Positions 28,031-37,094 of a DNA stretch of 64,000 nucleotides are shown here, piece after piece. Under the pieces are notes generated by a model. It searched no databases, had not been told where the DNA came from, and worked only from the letters and a program-made list of their open reading frames with translations. The translations under genes and the position numbers were made by a program. The DNA lies in contig PFBV01000002.1 in assembly GCA_002778465.1 (NCBI GenBank), positions 2,312 to 66,311 of the forward strand. Reading direction: 5' to 3'. This stretch comes from Candidatus Magasanikbacteria bacterium CG10_big_fil_rev_8_21_14_0_10_36_32. Its GTDB lineage: Bacteria > Patescibacteriota > Patescibacteriia > Magasanikbacterales > GWA2-37-8. Each line of letters begins with the position of its first letter. Positions within the stretch are counted from its first letter, which is position 1.

Positions 28031-31000
28031 ATGATGAAATGTCCGCGAAAAATTAGTCTGAAAATTTTAATGGCCTTATTTATCGTGTCAGGTTTTTTTG
28101 GCACGGCGATTTTTGGAGTGGAAAAAGCTCAGGCGCAATACGATAATCAAATCAATGCTTCGTTTTTATCTTGGCAGGCGCAGGGTGAAGCGGAAAAAGC
28201 CAAGGCCGAAGTTCAGTCAAATTTATTGAAGAATAAAAATTACATGGTGATGAATGCGGTTATTAATGCCATGAGTTATTTTGCCAATAAAATTTCTTAT
28301 GATATGGCTGTTTGGCTGGCATCGGGTGGAAAAGGACAAGCGCCGTTTTCAAGTACTTCCGGATTTTTTAAATATTTAGGGCAAGTAACCGGAGATTCTC
28401 TCGGTGAATCGCTTGGTTCATTGGGTGAGAGTCTTGGTTTAAATATCTGCGATTTGCCGGATCCGCGGCTGGACTTGGCGCTTCAATTAGGTTTAAATTT
28501 TCATTATGCTGAACCGACACCGAAATGTTCCTGGCAGGATTTAAAAAAAGCTTACAGCGTGGAAAATTTTAAAAGTAAATATCTGAGTCAGGAAGGAACC
28601 ATTGGAAGGTTGTCCGCTTCAGTGACGGTTAAAGATACTGATTTTGGCATTTGGACTGACGCTCGCGCTAAGATTGACGGCATAGCTGTTCAAAAAGAAA
28701 ATGCCGCCCAAGCTGATCGTGAAGAAGGAAGCGGTATGAAAGCTGTAACCGATTTAATTTCCGGACAAGTTAAAACGCCGGCCGTGGTAGTGAAAGACAC
28801 GATGATGAAACAGTCGGCTGACAGTAAAATGACAAAAGAGGAAGCAAAAAAGACCGGTGAGGTTTGGGGAGCTTTCGGCGCGGGCGCTACTCAAGTCGCG
28901 TATAAAGCGGCCAGCACTTTTATCAGTACCATGCTTGGTACGGTGCTTAAGAATTTTATGGAGGGTGGTATGTTGCCGGGAGGACACAAAGTTTGTAATC
29001 CGGGTTTGACATTGACCGGTGTTAATTTGGAACCGTGTTCCAGTGATTCTTCAGGCGGCAATAATTTAGCTGATAATTATTACGCTGACGCCAGAAATAC
29101 TGATAATCGTGCCGCCGCTCAAGCTATGTTTAGCCAATTGTTGATACCCCAAATAAAAACTCTGGATAATTATAATTTGATTGCCAGTTTGGCGGAATGT
29201 TCACCTGAAAATTTATCGCCGGACAGTTGTGTGGTAGATCAATCGTTTTTACAAATTTTACAGTCAGCCGATAATGGAGAATCTTTAACTGTTAAACAGG
29301 CGATGGAAAAAGGCTGGCTACACGGAGATTGGAAAATGATTTCATCGCTTGATAAAGCCGCTTCGCAAAAACAAGATTGTTCCCAGAGCGCTTATTGTCA
29401 GCGTAATATGACATTTTTGCGTCAAGCCAGAATTTTGTCGGTTGGTTTTGAATTTGCCGCGCTTTTATCGCCGGTAAATAATCCGGTTAGCTTAAAAGAA
29501 GTAGTAGACAATTTTTATACCGTTGGCAGTCCTTATTATCATTTGATTAATCCGCATTGGGTTATTAAATTGCCAAAAATTCGCTGTAAAGCTTTTACTT
29601 TCAGTTCTATCGCTCAAAATGGCGCGCGATTGGAAGAATGTTCTGATTTGCAACATTGTGTTGGTTACAATAAAGACGGTTCTTGTCAGACTTGGGGTTA
29701 TTGTATGAAAGAACGTCCAATTTGGAAATTTAATGCCAATTACTGTGATTCGCAATATAGCACTTGTCGAGCATTTACTGATTCTGATGGAAATAGCGTC
29801 GGATATTTGGTTAGAACGTTGGATACCAGTTTTTGCGGAGAAGATACAGATGGTTGCCGTCGTTATTCGGCCGGTAAAGTTTATGCCAGCGCTACTAATT
29901 CCGTTTGGTTGCCGGAAGAAATAAAATATAATACCGTTTCTAATTATTTTTACAATTCCAGTTTATATTTTAATAAAAAACTAACCAGCTGTGACGCTAA
30001 AGATGACGGTTGTTCGGCTTTTAAATTAGCTTCTAAAACTGATACTTTATTATATTTGCGCAAAGCGCCGGATTATCTCGGTTGTTATGATGCTGATTTA
30101 AAATCAGTTCCGGCTAAATTATATGATGGAATTGCTTGGCCGAAAAATTTAACCGAATTAAGTTTGGTTACTCCGCAAAATACTGAAGCTTGTAAAAATT
30201 ATGCTCAGGTTTGTTTGCCTGAAGAAGAAAATTGCAATCTCTACACTTCTGTTTTAAATCAGGAAGCAATACCTGGTAAATTTAAACCGGCTGAAATAGT
30301 TTCCATGACCGCCGGTCAGCAATTAGTTTGGAATGATCAGTGCGATGCTTCTTGTGTCGGTTATGCCGCTTATAAAGAAATGCCAAGCAGTTATACTAAT
30401 GGAGAAAATTTGGCATATATTATTCCTTCATCCGGAAACACCTGCACATCTTATGATGCAGGTTGTTCAGCTTTTACGAATTTGAGCACCACTAATCCGT
30501 CAGGTATGGAACAAACTGAATATTTTTCTTATTTGCGTTCCTGTATTTTGCCGGATCAAACAAAACAAAAAACTTTTTATCTTTATGAAAGTTCAGAATC
30601 AGGCGGATATAAACTGCAAACTTTTGTTTTAGAAAAAGACGCTACTGGCGCGCCAAAACAAATTTGGCGAGATATATCTGAAATTGATTCATTTGGTGAT
30701 TGTGATTCAACCAGTTATGCCGCCGGAACGGCTGATCCGGATTGTCATCAGTTTAATGACGATGGTGGAAATATTTATTATAAATATCTTTCAAAAACAA
30801 TTTTAGTATCGGAAAATTGCAATCCTTATCGTTTGAACAATACCGAGTTGGTTGATGGACAATGTCCGTTTGATTTTGACGGTTTTGGCAATCGTGTTGG
30901 TAATGCGGTGGAGAAAATCAATGAGGCTTGTTATTATTATGGTTTGCCGGTAGGAGATACCAGGGGAGCAGGGGAAACAAAAGTTTGTTCAGCCGCGACT

Positions 31001-34000
31001 AATTCATGCCGCGCCTACAAGGGTAATGCCGGCAATAATGTGCGGGTGGTTTTTCAAGATAATTTTGAAAATGAAGAAATAGGCGATTGGTCTGGAGGTT
31101 TGGGCGGCAGTTTGGAAATTTCCTTGGAATCAAATCAAATTAATGGCCATTCATTAAAGAATTTTGGTCAAGATGGTTTTTATCGTCAGAATGTTGAGGT
31201 TGCAGAAGGTAAGAGTTATGTTTTAACTTTTTGGGCCAAAGGTAATGCTATTATTTTTCCTTCTTTTCAAGATGAAGGAGTTTATAAATTAAGTTTTGGT
31301 GATGCGGTTAGCTTGACTGATGTTTGGCATTATTATTCTTTCGGACCGTTAGAATTTAATCAATCAGTTACCAGTACATATTTAAATTTTAATATTTCAG
31401 GTACGGGATTAAAAAATGTTTTTATAGACAATATAAAATTAATGGAAATTACCGATTACCTGTATTTGGTTAAAAACAGTTTAAGTGTTAATCAGATTTG
31501 TGATAGTAATTTGGAAGATAATATGCCGGGTGAGGCGTTGGGTTGCACGGCCTATAAAGATCCATTAAATAATATATATAATTTAACCAATTTCAGTTAT
31601 CTTTGTCGTGAAGCGGCGGTTGGTTGTACTGCTGTGTTGGATACATATAATACTTTGAATACTGCCGAACCGCGTACTTATAATGTGTGGCTTTATGGCG
31701 AGATGATAAATTTAGATGGTCGGAGCGCTGAGGTGGTAATCGGTGGAAAAACTTTTTCATGTATTGTGCCGACAGGAGCGAAAGGTTGTTATGTTGATAT
31801 TTTTGGACCGACTTTGGCGCAAATAGTAAGTGTTAGTGTTCCTGGTATTTTAACTTCTTCCACTATTTATATTCCGGGAGATACGCCAACCAGTTCACCG
31901 ATTTATTTGGTGGCCAACAAATCGGCAACTTGTAAATCTGAAAATATCGGTTGTCGATCGGTTGGAAAAGGCACTGTCACCAGAGATGGAGTATTGAATC
32001 CTTTGTCCAGTGAATATGAAGATGTGGCGGTTAAAAATGATCCGGCGCTGTTTGATGATGTTTTGTGCGGCAGTGAATCGGTAGGTTGCCGCGGTTACAC
32101 ATCCGGTGACAGCAAATATTATTTTAAAGATCCGAAAATTATCGGCCAACGCGTTTGTGCTTATATGTCCGCTAAAAATGATAGTGGCTTGCCGATTATG
32201 GGTTGGTATTGGAAAGATAATAAAATGTGTGGCGATTCATCCGGATTTTGTTCATCAGATGCCGATTGCGCCGCCGGAGTTAAATGTCAAAATGTTCCGT
32301 GTTATCCTCTTTATTATAAATTTAATGAAACACAAGGCGCTATTGAATGGGGATTGTGGTCTTTTGGCAGTACTCAGTATAAAGGTTTTGTGGGACAATG
32401 TCCTGAAGAACAAAACGGTTGTACTGAATTTATAGATCGTGCCAGCAGCGCTCAGGTTTCTGGTAAAAAATGCGCTTTCACTGGCAAAAAATGTGAACTA
32501 AATAGTGATTGCAATGAAGAAGAAAATGATTATTGTAAAGAAAATGTTTCTGGCACTTATTATCTTTTAAATGATGGAGTTTTGGCTGAAACAAAAAATA
32601 AATGTAATGGCATGGTCAGTCAAGCCGAAGGTTGTATTTTGCTTGATCAAACGGACAAGCCGAATAAATATTGGAATACCACTTCAACCTATGAAGTTTC
32701 CCAATCCGCTCAAGATGCTTTTGTTGTGCCAGTAGATAAAGCCGAATTAAACGATGCCAATATAATTTTAAAAGTTACCCACGACAGAGAATGCGCTGAA
32801 TGGGGATATTGCGATTTAAAACAAGATTATAAAGATGAAGATACTGGTGAAACAACTTCTCGTTGTTATCATTTGGGTGTTTGTCAAAAAGCGACCGGTT
32901 CTTCAATTTTTAACAAAGAATGTTTGGTGCCGGTTACTCAATGGGATGATAAAAATCAGGAACTCTCATTGGCTCATTATAATTCCCGTGAAGCTTATTG
33001 GGATTCTTTGGATTACTCCGGTTATTCAGTGCCATGGCTTTACTCAATTGCTGATTTAACCGCTCGTCCGTTGGCTGGTGATAATTTTCATTTGGTTCAT
33101 GTTGATTACAGTGAAGATGCGGCGGGAGATTGTAATGGCAGCGCCGACAATGGAGATGTTTGCGGTTTGGATGATACGGGAAAGTGTTTTAACGGAGAAT
33201 GTTTGCATTCACCAAATAATTATTCCTCTTTGACTAACCATTTAACATTGTTAAATTGTCGTGGTAACGCCGAAGATTCCAGTCCGTTTCCATCATCTGT
33301 TTTGACTGATGAAAGCGCCAGTTTAGATTATAAAATATTTAAATCAGGATTTGAGAGTGTTAATTTATGTTATGATAAATCCGGCAGTGTGGTAAATTGT
33401 GATTGCAGTTATAAAAAATTAAGAACTTCAGCTGGTGATGTTTATACCCCGTCCAATCAGTCAGTTGGCAGTTCATATGTTTGTAGTGGTGGAACAAAAC
33501 AAGGTAAATTCTGTAATGGAAAAGATGATATCACCACTTGCGGCAGCGATGGTATTTGCGGCGTTATTCAAACATTGAGCGCAATGAACGGCTGGCAGGG
33601 ATATTGTTTGGAACGTGATACGCGACAGTTTATCAATGGCACTGAAACCGGAAATTGTTTGACTTGGTGGCCGATTGAAGTTCCGCCGGGGACTACTAAT
33701 ATTTGGGATATTGACGATTCAGCTGGTTATCAAATTGCTGAAGGAAAACAAGACAGGTTTATGTGTTTGGTTAATGAGCCGGTTATTAACGATCCTGAAA
33801 TAATGATGCATATATTATTATATGGGAGTCATGTTTCCGCAGCCAATGATTATAATATTCAGCAATTACCCAAATCTTATAAAATACAAACCGCCGGTCT
33901 TGACCATAGTTTTAAAATAACCGATTTGCCGCCCAATGCGGCTGTATCTGGTTGTTCGGACAATAATGCGGATGATGATTTTTATGACCCGTTACCTGGA

Positions 34001-36127
34001 ACGCCCAGTAATAATGTATATAATTATCAGATATATGACTATGATAGCAATAAAAATTCAAAAGGAAAGTTTTGTCCAATAAACAGAGAAACTTTGCGCA
34101 AGGATGGCGATACAATGCGAATGTGTGCGAATCCAACTTGGGATGATGATAATCAAACCTATTCTGAATGTCCGCCGTCGGGTATTCTCGCTGCCGATGG
34201 TACGCGTTGGGTAAATAACAACTATGAAAATAAATATTTCCATCGCAATGAAATAGAAAGAATTGATATTGTTTTTGATAGAATAGGCGATGATCAATAT
34301 GCTGATGGATATATTAGTTTTATAACAGACAGTATTAACGCTGTTGAAGGTCATGCTTTTGATACGGAAGAACATTTTTTAAATAAAGAAGGAGAAAGCG
34401 CGACTAAGGGCGTGGTTGATAATTATGAAATGAGATGTCCGGATTGGAATAGTATTGAAGATGGATTGGGAAATTTAAGAGCTTGGGAATGGCGCGGTGG
34501 AGTAGGTGTTCCATCGTGGACTTTGCCTGATGCGGATGATACAACATTAAGTAAAATGCAAGTTCTCGCTCAGGGTGTTTGTGAAGATTTATACAGAGAA
34601 GTTCAAGTTAAATCAAGTGAAGTAAATCAGAAAAATTTGGCTATAAGAGTGGTTTGGGATGGAGATTATCATTTACGCGGTATTTGGGTAAATTTGGAAA
34701 ATACGGGGTCGGCTGATGTAAACGCTGGATTCTTTTTCGTAATCCATTTTAATGATGGCCGTTGTGAAAAATTTGCCAAAGTTGCCACCGATACTGCTTC
34801 AAAAGATTTTGCTTTTAAACCATTCACTAATAATTTAGCGACAGGCAAAACAATCAATATGGGTTCCGCGCCGGTTGGTATTACTTTAACTGACAGAGTT
34901 TCTAATTTAAACGGTGGAAATTACGGATTAGCTTGGGGCGAGGGAGAATATTTAGAACCGCCAAGCGCCAGTGTTAAAGAAGCCTTTGTAAATCCGTTTA
35001 TACCATGGCCCAATACGCATCTTTTTATTGATACTGTGATTTTTTCACAGGGCGGCGATTATTTAAAAAATTATGAAATGACCAATTTTAAAGCCGGCGT
35101 GCCGTTGGTTTGGGCAAGATACGGATTGGCAAAATATGAAGACGGAGGTATTTATGATGGACCTGATTATACAACATTTAATAGTGAGATTTTTGATGTT
35201 TCAACTGTAGATATGCCGTGGGAAATTATGTTGGAAAATATGTACGCCAAAGTTTTTGGACAGTATGAGCAAAGTTACAGTGGTGGTATGCCGACTGAAT
35301 TTACATTATTATCCGGCACGGAATTAGATATGGCAAATTCTGCTAACGCTATCAAAAGCGGATTAAAAATTTATCCGCCTCATGTGGCCGCGCCGATTAT
35401 CGGTTCAACCGGAGATGATTGGCAGTTGGATGCCATATCCGTTAATGACAGGGTGTCCGGTGATATTTATTTAGTCAGCGGTTCGCAGGTGCATATTAAA
35501 TTTTATGCTTGGGCTCATGGTAATCAAATGCCATTGAGAAAAATCTGGGTTGATAAAGGTGATGGAATTAAAATCAGCAATGATAGTGTCAGTTTTGGCA
35601 ACCGCAAATTTAAATGCGCCGAAGGCACTTGTGGCGCCACTGCTGGCGGCTGGCAATTTCCTTGTGAAAATAATGATGATTGTGCGCCATTGTATAGTGA
35701 TTCAATCACGGACGATTCTACTGCCTGTTATTATCCGGCTGCATATGACCATCGTAAGTTTGGTAATACCGGAGATACCGGTTGTCATGAAGGTCCGTAT
35801 GATTTTGTTACTGATTTTAATTGTCCTTACGGCGATTTGACGCATTGGCCTGTTAGTTGGTTGGAACCGGAAGAACAGGCTTATATTCAAAGTCAATTTG
35901 GAGATATTAGTTATGTTTGTATGGTACAACCAAAAGTCCAAGTGACTGATAATTGGGGTTGGTGTAATGGAACTTGTAAAACTACTTATGCTGGAGGTGG
36001 TTCTAATATTGAGGGTGATGGTTGTTATGAAGATTATAGTGGGAAAGATTGTTCAACCGACGAATATGGCAATAACAAAGCTTGGACTAAATATAACGGA
36101 AGATTAATCATTATTCCAACACAATAA
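28031..36127 (+). CDS. Giant (~2,698 aa) secreted/anchored cysteine-rich protein of unknown function
   Basis: ATG at 28031 (track start 28016 is TTG). N-terminal signal/anchor (ILMALFIVSGFFGTAIFGVEKAQA). At least nine C-x6-C-[RST]-x-[FYV] motifs lie between nt ~29.7 and 32.45 kb. Three (W/Q)GYC motifs are present. A CBM/galactose-binding-like module (VVFQDNFENEEIGDWSGG...VFIDNIKLMEI) sits at nt ~31.04-31.45 kb. Many CxxxDC-type Cys clusters occur in the C-terminal half. A strong terminator follows. Confidence 0.8.
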   Translation: MMKCPRKISLKILMALFIVSGFFGTAIFGVEKAQAQYDNQINASFLSWQAQGEAEKAKAEVQSNLLKNKNYMVMNAVINAMSYFANKISYDMAVWLASGGKGQAPFSSTSGFFKYLGQVTGDSLGESLGSLGESLGLNICDLPDPRLDLALQLGLNFHYAEPTPKCSWQDLKKAYSVENFKSKYLSQEGTIGRLSASVTVKDTDFGIWTDARAKIDGIAVQKENAAQADREEGSGMKAVTDLISGQVKTPAVVVKDTMMKQSADSKMTKEEAKKTGEVWGAFGAGATQVAYKAASTFISTMLGTVLKNFMEGGMLPGGHKVCNPGLTLTGVNLEPCSSDSSGGNNLADNYYADARNTDNRAAAQAMFSQLLIPQIKTLDNYNLIASLAECSPENLSPDSCVVDQSFLQILQSADNGESLTVKQAMEKGWLHGDWKMISSLDKAASQKQDCSQSAYCQRNMTFLRQARILSVGFEFAALLSPVNNPVSLKEVVDNFYTVGSPYYHLINPHWVIKLPKIRCKAFTFSSIAQNGARLEECSDLQHCVGYNKDGSCQTWGYCMKERPIWKFNANYCDSQYSTCRAFTDSDGNSVGYLVRTLDTSFCGEDTDGCRRYSAGKVYASATNSVWLPEEIKYNTVSNYFYNSSLYFNKKLTSCDAKDDGCSAFKLASKTDTLLYLRKAPDYLGCYDADLKSVPAKLYDGIAWPKNLTELSLVTPQNTEACKNYAQVCLPEEENCNLYTSVLNQEAIPGKFKPAEIVSMTAGQQLVWNDQCDASCVGYAAYKEMPSSYTNGENLAYIIPSSGNTCTSYDAGCSAFTNLSTTNPSGMEQTEYFSYLRSCILPDQTKQKTFYLYESSESGGYKLQTFVLEKDATGAPKQIWRDISEIDSFGDCDSTSYAAGTADPDCHQFNDDGGNIYYKYLSKTILVSENCNPYRLNNTELVDGQCPFDFDGFGNRVGNAVEKINEACYYYGLPVGDTRGAGETKVCSAATNSCRAYKGNAGNNVRVVFQDNFENEEIGDWSGGLGGSLEISLESNQINGHSLKNFGQDGFYRQNVEVAEGKSYVLTFWAKGNAIIFPSFQDEGVYKLSFGDAVSLTDVWHYYSFGPLEFNQSVTSTYLNFNISGTGLKNVFIDNIKLMEITDYLYLVKNSLSVNQICDSNLEDNMPGEALGCTAYKDPLNNIYNLTNFSYLCREAAVGCTAVLDTYNTLNTAEPRTYNVWLYGEMINLDGRSAEVVIGGKTFSCIVPTGAKGCYVDIFGPTLAQIVSVSVPGILTSSTIYIPGDTPTSSPIYLVANKSATCKSENIGCRSVGKGTVTRDGVLNPLSSEYEDVAVKNDPALFDDVLCGSESVGCRGYTSGDSKYYFKDPKIIGQRVCAYMSAKNDSGLPIMGWYWKDNKMCGDSSGFCSSDADCAAGVKCQNVPCYPLYYKFNETQGAIEWGLWSFGSTQYKGFVGQCPEEQNGCTEFIDRASSAQVSGKKCAFTGKKCELNSDCNEEENDYCKENVSGTYYLLNDGVLAETKNKCNGMVSQAEGCILLDQTDKPNKYWNTTSTYEVSQSAQDAFVVPVDKAELNDANIILKVTHDRECAEWGYCDLKQDYKDEDTGETTSRCYHLGVCQKATGSSIFNKECLVPVTQWDDKNQELSLAHYNSREAYWDSLDYSGYSVPWLYSIADLTARPLAGDNFHLVHVDYSEDAAGDCNGSADNGDVCGLDDTGKCFNGECLHSPNNYSSLTNHLTLLNCRGNAEDSSPFPSSVLTDESASLDYKIFKSGFESVNLCYDKSGSVVNCDCSYKKLRTSAGDVYTPSNQSVGSSYVCSGGTKQGKFCNGKDDITTCGSDGICGVIQTLSAMNGWQGYCLERDTRQFINGTETGNCLTWWPIEVPPGTTNIWDIDDSAGYQIAEGKQDRFMCLVNEPVINDPEIMMHILLYGSHVSAANDYNIQQLPKSYKIQTAGLDHSFKITDLPPNAAVSGCSDNNADDDFYDPLPGTPSNNVYNYQIYDYDSNKNSKGKFCPINRETLRKDGDTMRMCANPTWDDDNQTYSECPPSGILAADGTRWVNNNYENKYFHRNEIERIDIVFDRIGDDQYADGYISFITDSINAVEGHAFDTEEHFLNKEGESATKGVVDNYEMRCPDWNSIEDGLGNLRAWEWRGGVGVPSWTLPDADDTTLSKMQVLAQGVCEDLYREVQVKSSEVNQKNLAIRVVWDGDYHLRGIWVNLENTGSADVNAGFFFVIHFNDGRCEKFAKVATDTASKDFAFKPFTNNLATGKTINMGSAPVGITLTDRVSNLNGGNYGLAWGEGEYLEPPSASVKEAFVNPFIPWPNTHLFIDTVIFSQGGDYLKNYEMTNFKAGVPLVWARYGLAKYEDGGIYDGPDYTTFNSEIFDVSTVDMPWEIMLENMYAKVFGQYEQSYSGGMPTEFTLLSGTELDMANSANAIKSGLKIYPPHVAAPIIGSTGDDWQLDAISVNDRVSGDIYLVSGSQVHIKFYAWAHGNQMPLRKIWVDKGDGIKISNDSVSFGNRKFKCAEGTCGATAGGWQFPCENNDDCAPLYSDSITDDSTACYYPAAYDHRKFGNTGDTGCHEGPYDFVTDFNCPYGDLTHWPVSWLEPEEQAYIQSQFGDISYVCMVQPKVQVTDNWGWCNGTCKTTYAGGGSNIEGDGCYEDYSGKDCSTDEYGNNKAWTKYNGRLIIIPTQ

Positions 36128-36140
36128 AAAATAAATTAAA

Positions 36141-36178
36141 AAATCCCCCAACAATTTAGTTGGGGGATTTGTTTTTTT
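36141..36178. terminator. Bidirectional rho-independent terminator
   Basis: AAATCCCCCAAC-aattta-GTTGGGGGATTT followed by GTTTTTTT, with an A-run upstream that serves the minus strand. Confidence 0.8.
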
Positions 36179-36222
36179 AAAGGACAAACTTATCTGTGGA
36201 ACTCCACAGTTCTGAGATGACC

Positions 36223-36747
36223 TCAAGCGTAACCTGACTGAATCAGATTGCCATTGGATAGTATAGTCGCTATCAGCCAGCCGCAACTGCCGGTTTTTAC
36301 CAGTGGCAGATTCTTTCCTTGATAATCTCCCTTGAGAAAAGCGAGAGTGCCGTTTCCGGTAAAGTTTACCACGCACATATTTCCGATTTCCGGAGTGATT
36401 GTGACGGTCATCACCATGGTAGTTTCAGTGTTGTACCAGTCGCCGGCGATATGTGTCAGCTCATTGCAACTAGCAGGATCAATGAAAACCAGTTTGGACA
36501 ATTCCGTGTCCATCACACTGTTTTCCGGCTCGGTAATGATTGGCGGCAGATTGAGATCTGAATCGCCGTTCATTTCTGAATCGCCGTATTCATCCATCAA
36601 TTCGCCACCATCAATGTCTTCGTCATAAGGATAACATCCAGATGTTATAACGGCGAACAAGAGCATTACAGCAATGGCTATAATTGCAATGACAATTGTG
36701 GCAACCGCTCCTACTGTAACATGGGAATCATAATGTAAATTTCTCAC
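36223..36747 (-). CDS. Small putative lipoprotein, atypically GC-rich
   Basis: GTG start preceded by AAGGAGG. TM/signal segment ending in the lipobox-like AVITSGC. Acidic linker, then a beta-rich domain. A hand-counted 60-nt sample (36241-36300) has 28 G+C (47%). Confidence 0.55.
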   Translation of the reverse strand: MRNLHYDSHVTVGAVATIVIAIIAIAVMLLFAVITSGCYPYDEDIDGGELMDEYGDSEMNGDSDLNLPPIITEPENSVMDTELSKLVFIDPASCNELTHIAGDWYNTETTMVMTVTITPEIGNMCVVNFTGNGTLAFLKGDYQGKNLPLVKTGSCGWLIATILSNGNLIQSGYA

Positions 36748-36779
36748 CGTTTCCTCCTTTTTGTTTCAGATTTTGGTCG

Positions 36780-36793
36780 TTTGAATATTCAAA
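36780..36793. promoter_or_regulatory. Perfect 14-bp palindrome in the 5' UTR of the minus-strand lipoprotein gene (operator candidate)
   Basis: TTTGAATATTCAAA lies between the predicted -10 and the RBS. Confidence 0.3.
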
Positions 36794-36804
36794 GAACTTT
36801 AATA

Positions 36805-36833
36805 GTTTTAGCATATTTAAAGATTTTTGTCAA
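36805..36833 (-). promoter_or_regulatory. Sigma70-like promoter for 36747..36223
   Basis: On the minus strand: TTGACA, 17 nt spacer, TAAAAC. Confidence 0.4.
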
Positions 36834-36960
36834 TCTCGCATAAATTTAAAATAGCCTGTTAAAATAAATATTTTTAAAATGGAATTTTAAATGTTAAATT
36901 ATCTTAATTTTAGCCATCTTTAGCCTTTTTTTATGTGGATAACCAACGATTTTTTGTTGT

Positions 36961-36989
36961 TTGTTGTCTTCTTTAATTTATGGTATAAT
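36961..36989 (+). promoter_or_regulatory. Extended -10 promoter candidate for the T4SS-like operon
   Basis: TTGTTG, 17 nt spacer, TATAAT with TGn immediately upstream (tggTATAAT). Confidence 0.4.
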
Positions 36990-37094
36990 ATGAGTATTAA
37001 ATTAGCTGTAAAAAGGCTATAAGCGAACGAAGATGAGTGAAATAATCGTCGAGAAGGCGGATATTTCCAAGTCAAGAAGCTTATATTATTATAT

